64,000 nucleotides of DNA from Macrostomum lignano. Taxonomy: Eukaryota. A program made the translations under genes and the position numbers. The notes under the pieces are model-generated. The model was not told the DNA's origin and did no database searches. It saw only the letters and a list, made by a program, of their open reading frames with translations. Below are positions 25,001 through 35,362 of the stretch, piece by piece (the first letter of the stretch is position 1; each line of letters begins with the position of its first letter). The DNA is taken from assembly GCA_002269645.1 (NCBI GenBank), contig NIVC01001059.1, positions 62,001-126,000 on the forward strand. Direction: 5' to 3'.

Positions 25001-25233
25001 ACTGAGCCAACTTCCCGCTGTTCCAAGCTATATTGCTAGGTCTAGACCGTCTAGGTACAAAGCTTGCAAAGTCATTTAACTTTTCGTTGGGTCTAGCGAA
25101 AAGAACCATGAAGTTGGAAACAGAAAAAATCTGCCTGCAACTAGGGGTAAACATGCAAATAAATATTATTATGTGAGTTACAATTAAAATTATAAAGTTA
25201 ATAAGAACGCTATAAACTTACCCCGTCATCCAT
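16009..25233 (-). CDS. ATP1A: Na+/K+-ATPase alpha subunit-like P2C ATPase, divergent (1024 aa, 9 exons: 25222-25233, 23660-24097, 23198-23501, 20658-21038, 20077-20402, 19394-19759, 18533-18928, 17468-17953, 16009-16374)
   Basis: All junctions are GT-AG with matching phases and sum to 3075 nt. Motifs: MDDGRDNSFR N-terminus, [24 protein letters not shown] (phosphorylated Asp), [42 protein letters not shown]. The 12-nt first coding exon is the least certain part. Confidence 0.95.
16520..17293. repeat. 24-bp minisatellite in ATPase intron 8
   Basis: Unit TAGTTTCCTACTTCCGGTCCCAT(A/G). Confidence 0.93.
17980..18532. repeat. 25-bp minisatellite in ATPase intron 7
   Basis: Unit AGGCTCAGATCCCCAATCCCCTGAC. 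Confidence 0.92.
18943..19290. repeat. 22-bp minisatellite in ATPase intron 6
   Basis: Unit GGCTGAGATTCGGGTGGGCAGT. Confidence 0.92.
19787..20068. repeat. 41-bp minisatellite in ATPase intron 5
   Basis: Unit GTCACTTCCGGTTTAGAGGGAAAAGGCAATCCAATA(G/T)TCTA. Confidence 0.92.
20418..20595. repeat. ~46-bp minisatellite in ATPase intron 4, ~4 copies
   Basis: Core GTGAACTCAAGTCTGTTGCTAGGCAGTTGCTATGTGGTTTTT. Confidence 0.85.
21095..23135. repeat. 43-bp minisatellite in ATPase intron 3, ~47 copies
   Basis: Unit CTGAAGCCAGTGGGATAAAATCCCCATCTCAGGTGCTCACTC(C/T); contains the small inverted repeat GGGAT-AAA-ATCCC. Confidence 0.96.
23567..23620. repeat. (TAAC)n microsatellite in ATPase intron 2
   Basis: Direct reading. 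Confidence 0.9.
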
Positions 25234-26567
25234 TTCCGGGTACAAGTAAGAGAAATGAGGATTTGTCAACTGATTTGAATTTACACCGCGTCTTATATGT
25301 AAACCCCAGCAATCAGTTTAACAAAGTAAAAAATAAGCTTAAAACTTATTATTTAAGACGTTTAATGTGTTTTTTAAAAGCGTTTTGATATTAGGCCATT
25401 CTGATTTGCAAAATTTTGCAACTAGTTAACTTGCGAATAATACCGTGAATTGGCAAACTTCATGAGCTGAAAAAAACTATACTACAAAGTACTTAACTAT
25501 GATGTAATGCAAGCAAATGAAATTATACATGCTTTATTCATAATCGACTCGAAACGCAACCAATATTATTTCCTGCAATAGGCTAGACGAGAAGTTAGTT
25601 TGATCACTATCGAAGCAGTTGAAAAATGACTTTGATCTATTTCTTGTAAAGAAACTACTTTTCGATAAATAAAAGATAACTCAGTACTGAATAAATACAT
25701 ACCGGCATACAGTAACATTTAGCAACAGTAATTGGGCTTATACCAGATTTTTTACGTGATTACGTTGTACATCTACCGGATGGCACAAGCAGTTGTGCAA
25801 ACTGCAGGATCTAACAGCATATGTCGTTGATCCTTTCTGTCAAAGCTTACTTAATTAAATGTTTATGCATCAAAGATTCGTCCTTTGAATAAAATCTGTT
25901 TTAAAGCTCTTGAGCCGATCAATGGATGCGTCTCATGCTCGATCTACTGCCCCTGTATACATTGTAGCTCGTACTTGTACTGCGCGCAGCAATTCAAGCT
26001 AAGCAGTCAAATGCAAACCAATTACTGCATGTCAAAAAATTATTTTTCGTCTACAAAAAGCTCTCGTGTGCAGCCAATTCATTCAAGCTCGGGTTGCGAG
26101 AGCGGCTGAGTATCAAAGCAAAGCTGCTCTTTGTGAGAAGGAACTGGCGGAGGTCTGCATCTCAACAATCCGGAGAGACCGAGCCGTAGCAATTTTTGCT
26201 TTCAAGCTGCCGAATCTCCCATTGTTTTTTTCTATACAATGACGCTGGAGTGACTCATTTGCATGCATCTGCGTGACGCTCTCGAATTTGCTCTTTTCTA
26301 GTTGTTCTGGAAAGAGCGACTAAAAACGGGAACGCAAAAATGCGGAGGCGGAGACAAAAAGCGCGATTTGATTCGCTGCCGGGGCGACCACCAATTGATG
26401 GCTTGCTGGAGAGTTGCAGCGTTGGCAGCGTTGAAAAGTGCTTTTTCTGTCTCAAAAATCCACACTCATTTTTAACGCTTTGAGCCCTTCTGTCACATAG
26501 TGGAGCATCGAGACTGACATTTGTTGTAGTTCAGCGCTTTTCCAATAGAGGAATTAAAAAAGAAGAC

Positions 26568-27299
26568 ATGCAAATTCTCGCACTGTCAGTTGCCACCCTC
26601 GCCATCGCTGCTGCAGTCGCTGCCGCTGCGACCGCCGATCAATGGGAGAAAGTGGAATCTGGAGACGGGCTGCTAGTGGGGAAGAACGCCTGGGAGCGAG
26701 GCTCCCGTCTCGGCAAGCGCGAGTGGCAGCGAGGCTCTCGCCTGGGCAAGCGCGATTGGCAGCGAGGCTCCCGTCTCGGCAAGCGCGAGTGGCAGCGAGG
26801 CTCCCGTCTCGGCAAGCGCGAGTGGCAGCGAGGCTCCCGTCTCGGCAAGCGCGAGTGGCAGCGAGGCTCCCGCCTTGGCAAGCGCGAGTGGCAGCGAGGC
26901 TCTCGCCTGGGCAAGCGCGATTGGCAGCGAGGCTCCCGTCTCGGCAAGCGCGAGTGGCAGCGAGGCTCCCGTCTCGGCAAGCGCGAGTGGCAGCGAGGCT
27001 CTCGCCTGGGCAAGCGCGAGTGGCAGCGAGGCTCTCGCCTGGGCAAGCGCGAGTGGCAGCGAGGCTCTCGCCTGGGCAAGCGCGAGTGGCAGCGAGGCTC
27101 CCGCCTTGGCAAGCGCGAGTGGCAGCGAGGCTCTCGCCTGGGCAAGCGCGAGTGGCAGCGAGGCTCTCGCCTGGGCAAGCGCGAGTGGCAGCGAGGCTCT
27201 CGCCTGGGCAAGCGCGATTGGCAGCGAGGCTCCCGCCTCGGCAAGCGCGAGTGGCAGCGAGGCTCTCGCCTGGGCAAGCGCAACTACATCGAAGAGTAA
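26568..27299 (+). CDS. Amidated neuropeptide precursor (243 aa; 14x EWQRGSRLa, 3x DWQRGSRLa, 1x ..NAWERGSRLa)
   Basis: Hydrophobic signal peptide, then 18 units ending in G-K-R (amide donor plus dibasic cleavage). Differences among the 17 [E/D]W units are synonymous except E/D. Acceptor-like TTTTCCAATAG just upstream of the ATG; AATAAA at 27420-27425. Confidence 0.93.
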   Translation: MQILALSVATLAIAAAVAAAATADQWEKVESGDGLLVGKNAWERGSRLGKREWQRGSRLGKRDWQRGSRLGKREWQRGSRLGKREWQRGSRLGKREWQRGSRLGKREWQRGSRLGKRDWQRGSRLGKREWQRGSRLGKREWQRGSRLGKREWQRGSRLGKREWQRGSRLGKREWQRGSRLGKREWQRGSRLGKREWQRGSRLGKREWQRGSRLGKRDWQRGSRLGKREWQRGSRLGKRNYIEE

Positions 27300-28632
27300 A
27301 ATCAAAGCACTCCCCCGAACCTGAGCACTAAATGCAGGATGATATTACAGACAGGGTTTAAAGTTTCATATCGAATGTCGGTGCCATCAGAGATACTCCA
27401 GCGGCTTTATGTCTTGACAAATAAAATCTGTTTGGTTTTGACTGAAGCAACTTCATCAGTTTGAAAGAAGTTCGCAGCATTGAACCTTTCTTTCTCTGCC
27501 TTTGTCTTTTCTCTTGACCTGAGAGCATCAACAGCCAATGACCAGCTGCGTTGATTCAGCCATGCTCAAATGTACTTTAGATCTGAGAGAGACTTTTACA
27601 GAAATTGACTTTGCTTATACTACGAGTATATTACGAAAGGATGTTTGAGAATGTACATCATTTGTTATGGCTTTGGTGGTTTTATAGAAACTGGGATACA
27701 GGTACGATTACTGTACTTTGAGGGCTCTTGCCCACAGAAGGAGCCGGCATTAAAATGTTTTTTCTGTTGAAGAGAGCAAGATTCTGAGCAACCGGAATGA
27801 AAAAGCAAGCCTTCTGCATGCAATATTTTAAAAATTATGGAGCGCTTTGAAACTTGGCTGTCAAAAAATCCACACGATTTGATAGTGGCATTCCATGGAC
27901 AGCTGAAGTAGAAGGACACTGCACTCGGCTTTCTTAGAAATGAGCCGGCAAAGAGCGGATGCTCCAGAGAAATCATAGCGCTTCGAGTCAAAGTTGTGCC
28001 ATAGACAGATTTGTTCGAGAATATTCCGATTTCTACAGACCACACTAAATGCACTGCTTCTATCCGAGTACATTGTGAAATTTCTAAGCACTAAATTTGG
28101 AGCTGTCCATTGATGACGCGCCTGATTAACCTGATTTGAGCATTATCAGCAGCTTCGGATGCTATTAAAGTGTTGGCACTCGCCTATCAGGAATTACGGG
28201 GAACAGAAGGGTTGATTTTTGTCGATCAAATGCAAACTTATTCCGTTTTTGGGGCTGGTCTCGCCCGCCCACGCAGGAGCTCTGTGGGACGCATTCCATA
28301 CATGGGGATGGCTTAGATAGCCAGAGCATGGGACTCAATTTCTCAATAGCAGAAGTGGGCTGCATGTCGCACGTAGCTGCAGACACTGATGCAGCATAAA
28401 AAGTGCTCTGCAGAGCTCTCGAACCTAATGGACAGAAACTGCTGAAATAATATTGCAGATTGAATCCTGATGTCTCAGTATCAGTGCATTGATGCGAGGC
28501 GAGCTGCGTACTAACAGGCAAATGCAATATTAATAATGGCTTTCTCGGGCACTATGGGCAGTGACAGAGACTGACCCTGGTAATTGGATTCCATTTACTT
28601 TCATTGGTAAAAGCTGTAATTGAATTTCAACC

Positions 28633-28634
<2 letters not shown>

Positions 28635-28726
<92 letters not shown>
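28635..28726. repeat. (CT)n microsatellite
   Basis: Direct reading. Confidence 0.98.
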
Positions 28727-28731
<5 letters not shown>

Positions 28732-29227
28732 GCTAAAAATGAAGCGAGCCAAGCGGCGATGCGGATTTTAAAGGGTTTGGCGTGGAGTTATCAGAATACA
28801 TCTGAGTATGAGTCTGGCGATGTAGATCACTTGGGGAGTAGCCAAAGGCGCAGACGCTAAAATCATATGGTGCATCAGAGGGCTCTGTACGACTGTGGGA
28901 AGGGGGTTCTCCTGTACTCCCTGCACCCCTGCACCCCCTGGTACTCGATCACAGCGGGGTGAACGCTAGCTCAGCTTAGTGGGCCATTCGCACACTGTGA
29001 CTGCCATGAGGTGTGATACAATTTATTTAGGTGTGTGCTAACCACTATCATCTCTGCTTAACTTTCAGCGCATTCAGCGGGTCGCAAGCCGAGAGGGTTG
29101 GCGAAGAGTTTCCACCAGACTCGCTCAGTTACTGAGGCAAATTCCAATGGTTTCATTGTGCAGTCTTTAATTCAACTAGCTCAACATTTGGTCTGAGTCT
29201 GTCTTGCGTCCCAGCACTTTCCTAGCC

Positions 29228-32200
29228 ATTAGCAACAATTGGCAACCATTAGCAATCATTAGCAATCATTAGCAACCAGTGGCAACCATTAGCAATCATT
29301 AGCAATCATTAGCAACCCCCATTGGCAACCATTAGCAATCATTAGCAATCATTAGCAATCATTAGCAATCATTGACAATTATTAGCAATCATTAGCAATC
29401 ATTGACAATTATTAGCAATCATTAGCAATCATAAGCAATCATGAGCGATCATTGGCAATCATTAGCAATCATTGGCAATCATTAGCAATCATTATCAATC
29501 ATGAGCAATCATTGGCAATCATTAGCAATCATTGGCAATCATTAGCAATCATTAGCAATCATTAGCAATCATGAGCAATCATTGGAAATCATTAGCAATC
29601 ATTAGCAATCATTAGCAATCATTAGCAATCATGAGCAATCATGAGCAATCATTGGCAATCATTGACAATCATTAGCAATCATTATCAATCATGAGCAATC
29701 ATTGGCAATCATTAGCAATCATTAGCAATCATTGGCAATCATTGGCAATCATTAGCAATCATTAGCAATCATTAGCAATCATTAGCAATCATTGGCAATC
29801 ATTAGCAATCATTGGCAATCATTAGCAATCATTGGCAATCATTAGCAATCATTGGCAATCATTGGCAATCATTAGCAATCATTGGCAATCATTGGCAATC
29901 ATGAGCAATCATTGGCAATCATTGGCAATCATTGGCAATCATTAGCAATCATTGGCAATCATTAGCAATCATGAGCAATCATGAGCAATCATTGGCAATC
30001 ATTAGCAATCATTGGCAATCATGAGCAATCATTGGCAATCATTAGCAATCATTGGCAATCATTAGCAATCATTAGCAATCATGAGCAATCATGAGCAATC
30101 ATTGGCAATCATTAGCAATCATTGGCAATCATGAGCAACCATTGGCAATCATTAGCAATCATTAGCAATCAATAGCAATCATTGGCAATCATTGGCAATC
30201 ATTAGCAATCATTAGCAATCATTAGCAATCATTAGCAATCATTAGCAATCATTAGCAATCATTAGCAATCATTGGCAATCATTAGCAATCATTGGCAATC
30301 ATTAGCAATCATTGGCAATCATTGGCAATCATTGGCAATCATTAGCAATCATTGGCAATCATTGGCAATCATGAGCAATCATTGGCAATCATTGGCAATC
30401 ATGAGCAATCATTGGCAATCATTAGCAATCATTGGCAATCATTAGCAATCATTGGCAATCATTAGCAATCATGAGCAATCATGAGCAATCATTGGCAATC
30501 ATTAGCAATCATTGGCAATCATGAGCAATCATTGGCAATCATTAGCAATCATTGGCAATCATTAGCAATCATTAGCAATCATGAGCAATCATGAGCAATC
30601 ATTGGCAATCATTAGCAATCATTAGCAATCATTGGCAATCATTGGCAATCATTAGCAATCATTAGCAATCATTAGCAATCATTAGCAATCATTGGCAATC
30701 ATTAGCAATCATTGGCAATCATTAGCAATCATTGGCAATCATTAGCAATCATTGGCAATCATTGGCAATCATGAGCAATCATTGGCAATCATTGGCAATC
30801 ATTGGCAATCATTAGCAATCATTGGCAATCATTAGCAATCATGAGCAATCATGAGCAATCATTGGCAATCATTAGCAATCATTGGCAATCATGAGCAATC
30901 ATTGGCAATCATTAGCAATCATTGGCAATCATTAGCAATCATTGGCAATCATTATCAATCATGAGCAATCATTGGAAATCATTAGCAATCATTAGCAATC
31001 ATTAGCAATCATTGGCAATCATAAGCAATCATGAGCAATCATTGGCAATCATTAGCAATCATTATCAATCATGAGCAATCATTGGCAATCATTAGCAATC
31101 ATTGGCAATCATTAGCAATCATTGGCAATCATTGGCAATCATGAGCAATCATTGGCAATCATTGGCAATCATTGGCAATCATTAGCAATCATTGGCAATC
31201 ATTAGCAATCATGAGCAATCATGAGCAATCATTGGCAATCATTAGCAATCATTATCAATCATGAGCAATCATTGGCAATCATTAGCAATCATTGGCAATC
31301 ATGAGCAATCATTGGCAATCATTAGCAATCATTAGCAATCAATAGCAATCATTGGCAATCATTGGCAATCATTAGCAATCATTAGCAATCATTGGCAATC
31401 ATTGGCAATCATTAGCAATCATTAGCAATCATTAGCAATCATTAGCAATCATTAGCAATCATTGGCAATCATTAGCAATCATTGGCAATCATTAGCAAGC
31501 ATTGGCAATCATTAGCAATCATTGGCAATCATTGGCAATCATGAGCAATCATTGGCAATCATTGGCAATCATGAGCAATCATTGGCAATCATTGGCAATC
31601 ATTGGCAATCATTAGCAATCATTGGCAATCATTAGCAATCATGAGCAATCATGAGCAATCATTGGCAATCATTAGCAATCATTGGCAATCATGAGCAATC
31701 ATTGGCAATCATTAGCAATCATTGGCAATCATTGGCAATCATTAGCAATCATTGGCAATCATTAGCAATCATTAGCAATCATTAGCAATCATTAGCAATC
31801 ATGAGCAATCATGAGCAATCATTGGCAATCATTAGCAATCATTAGCAATCATTGGCAATCATTGGCAATCATTAGCAATCATTAGCAATCATTAGCAATC
31901 ATTAGCAATCATTGGCAATCATTAGCAATCATTGGCAATCATTAGCAATCATTGGCAATCATTAGCAATCATTGGCAATCATTGGCAATCATTAGCAATC
32001 ATTGGCAATCATTGGCAATCATGAGCAATCATTGGCAATCATTGGCAATCATTGGCAATCATTAGCAATCATTGGCAATCATTAGCAATCATGAGCAATC
32101 ATGAGCAATCATTAGCAATCATTGGCAATCATTAGCAATCATTAGCAATCATGAGCAATCATGAGCAATCATTGGCAATCATTAGCAATCATTAGCAATC

Positions 32201-32502
32201 ATTGGCAATCATTGGCAATCATTAGCAATCATTAGCAATCATTAGCAATCATTAGCAATCATTGGCAATCATTAGCAATCATTGGCAATCATTAGCAATC
32301 ATTGGCAATCATTAGCAATCATGAGCAATCATGAGCAATCGTTGGCAATCATTAGCAATCATTGGCAATCATTAGCAATCATTGGCAATCATAAGCAATC
32401 ATGAGCAATCATTGGCAATCATTAGCAATCATTGGCAATCATAAGCAATCATGAGCAATCATTGGCAATCATTAGCAATCATTAGCAATCATTGGCAATC
32501 AT
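29228..32502. repeat. 10-bp satellite, ~325 copies, three main variants
   Basis: ATTAGCAATC / ATTGGCAATC / ATGAGCAATC. Confidence 0.98.
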
Positions 32503-33329
32503 TAGAAAGGCGCTGGTTTGGCAGGCAGCGGCGAGACGTCCCCGCAGCGCCAGTGATTGATGGCTCGGGGCAGTCCAGGCCGGAGAACAGCCCCATTTGT
32601 GACTCGTGGCACGCAAGCAGCTCGAGAGCCGCTGCAGGGAGGGAGACTGGTAGACCTTCTGCTACAGGCTCTAAATTAATGCAGTCTTGTTGAACCACAC
32701 CCTAGCAACTAAAGCTGGCTATATTTAGCGACCTTGCACTAATTCGACCCAAGCGTCTGCATCAGTACTGCTACTGCGAGCAGCCCATTTGCATGCCAGA
32801 GCTGACCAGCCAGATATTTCCATGCAGATTCAAACTGAATTCAGCGATAAAAACAAACCATTTTTCTATTGAATTCCAACCGTCCCAGTTTTACTACCTT
32901 GTGAGAGAATCGATTCGTGTATTGTGTTTAGGACGATGGGGGGCCTTCATCGAGTCAGTTGAGTGCCAACTAAATCGGTACATTTTGCCAAATCAATCCG
33001 AGCATCTGAGCAGAGCTGTCAGGTTGGGTGTGAGACCCGTGAGCAGCCACTCCAATAATTGGAGCAAGCGCTGCTCAGTGAGAACCCCGAGCTTGCAACA
33101 ATTCTGCCAGCCAGCTCATTTCGTGAGTAGCTTTAAAAGCGGCTTGCCCTTTCAAATTAAAATTGAAGGAGGACAGCTCAGCGGTAACCATGAGGGCCGC
33201 CCACTCCAATGCACAGTGCGTGTGCATGCCCGACTACAAGGGGCCACTGAAGTAATGTACATATCATGTGCGTGCTCGGGGCATGACAACCGCCTTCTCG
33301 ATGTCTGCAGGTTCCCTGCGGCCTGCGAA

Positions 33330-34730
33330 CCAGCTCTTGTCCACCTGGAGATCCCCGAGCCTCCACAGCTCTTGTCCACCTGGAGATCCCCGAGCCTCCA
33401 CAGCTCTTGTCCACCTGGAGATCCCCGAGCCTCCACAGCTCTTGTTCACCTGGAGATCCCCGAGCCTCCCCAGCTCTTGTCCACCTGGAGATCCCCGAGC
33501 CTCCACAGCTCTTGTTCACCTGGAGATCCCCGAGCCTCCACAGCTCTTGTCCACCTGGAGATCCCCGAGCCTCCACAGCTCTTGTCCACCTGGAGATCCC
33601 GAGCCTCCACAGCTCTTGTTCACCTGGAGATCCCCGAGCCTCCACAGCTCTTGTCCACCTGGAGATCCCCGAGCCTCCACAGCTCTTGTCCACCTGGAGA
33701 TCCCCGAGCCTCCACAGCTCTTGTCCACCTGGAGATCCCCGAGCCTCCACAGCTCTTGTCCACCTGGAGATCCCCGAGCCTCCACAGCTCTTGTCCACCT
33801 GGAGATCCCCGAGCCTCCACAGCTCTTGTCCACCTGGAGATCCCCGAGCCTCCACAGCTCTTGTCCACCTGGAGATCCCGAGCCTCCACAGCTCTTGTCC
33901 ACCTGGAGATCCCCGAGCCTCCACAGCTCTTGTCCACCTGGAGATCCCCGAGCCTCCCCAGCTCTTGTCCACCTGGAGATCCCCGAGCCTCCACAGCTCT
34001 TGTCCACCTGGAGATCCCCGAGCCTCCACACCTCTTGTCCACCTGGAGATCCCCGAGCCTCCACACCTCTTGTCCACCTGGAGATCCCCGAGCCTCCACA
34101 GCTCTTGTCCACCTGGAGATCCCCGAGCCTCCACAGCTCTTGTCCACCTGGAGATCCCCGAGCCTCCACAGCTCTTGTCCACCTGGAGATCCCGAGCCTC
34201 CACAGCTCTTGTCCACCTGGAGATCCCCGAGCCTCCACAGCTCTTGTCCACCTGGAGATCCCCGAGCCTCCCCAGCTCTTGTCCACCTGGAGATCCCCGA
34301 GCCTCCACAGCTCTTGTCCACCTGGAGATCCCCGAGCCTCCACACCTCTTGTCCACCTGGAGATCCCCGAGCCTCCACACCTCTTGTCCACCTGGAGATC
34401 CCCGAGCCTCCACAGCTCTTGTCCACCTGGAGATCCCGAGCCTCCACAGCTCTTGTCCACCTGGAGATCCCCGAGCCTCCCCAGCTCTTGTCCACCTGGA
34501 GATCCCCGAGCCTCCACAGCTCTTGTCCACCTGGAGATCCCCGAGCCTCCACAGCTCTTGTCCACCTGGAGATCCCCGAGCCTCCCCAGCTCTTGTCCAC
34601 CTAGAGATCCCCGAGCCTCCACAGCTCTTGTCCACCTGGAGATCCCCGAGCCTCCACACCTCTTGTCCACCTGGAGATCCCCGAGCCTCCACAGCTCTTG
34701 TCCACCTGGAGAACCCCAAGCCTCCACAGC
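33330..34730. repeat. 35-bp minisatellite, ~40 copies
   Basis: Unit GAGCCTCCACAGCTCTTGTCCACCTGGAGATCCCC. Confidence 0.97.
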
Positions 34731-35362
34731 CTCAGAGGGAAAGCGCTTCCAAGGAATTTCAAAATTTCACCAGCCCGGCTTGTAGCGCCTGCCTTTGCGC
34801 ATGTGCGGTGAAGTCTGCAGAAAATAATACGCTGACACAATTCTGCCACTTTATTATCGAGACACAGAGGCGTCTGAACGAAAAAGACGGTCGGAAAATA
34901 GGAAATGTTGGAAGCAACTTTGAGGGATCTGTCTGTTGTTTTGCTGGTCAAAAAAGGGATTGCACCACATCCACAGAAATAAGAACAAATTTTTATTGCG
35001 TCAATAAATTTATAAAGCAGAAATTCCCGAGTACCGCAGATTTACACTAACTAATTAGCATAATGAGGAATTAGCAAGTAGATTGGCCTTCGCTGCCAAG
35101 CGTCAGTTTTAAGTTACTAATGTAGTCAGTCAGCTGTATTGTTCACAGGTGCTGAGGATCTGAAATGGGGTGGGAAAATCAATAATTAAGTCAACTGGGG
35201 TTGAACGAAGCCGTTTTGAATGTAGGGAGCGATATTCGAGCATGCTGTAGCGATAGTGCGAATGGGTGAGTAATGGGAGATAGGAGAACTCAATCAATAA
35301 CTCAATCACTTGGTCATTGACCTCACCTCTTCAGGCGTCTTCGACTTGGCGGCCTTGTACTT

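Noticed and set aside
16009-25233. Calling the pump an H+/K+-ATPase
   Set aside because: It keeps M5 Ser-Asn and M8 Cys-Lys-Thr and lacks the Lys and Arg substitutions diagnostic of gastric and non-gastric H/K pumps.
26639-27331. Overlapping ORFs in other frames and on the opposite strand of the neuropeptide gene
   Set aside because: Shadows of the 33-bp coding repeat; only the GKR frame has a signal peptide and synonymous variation.
27500-28600. AT-rich ORFs as transposon or gene remnants
   Set aside because: No recognisable motifs, terminal repeats or target-site duplications.
32860-33330. Possible + strand exon fragments (LEQALLSENPEL..; SNAQCVCMPDYKG, EGF/TNFR-like)
   Set aside because: Weak or missing acceptors, in-frame stops nearby and missing framework cysteines; no gene model could be built.
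32793-35050. 500-600-aa ORFs on both strands
   Set aside because: The 35-bp unit is stop-free in all frames and cycles through them; non-coding minisatellite.
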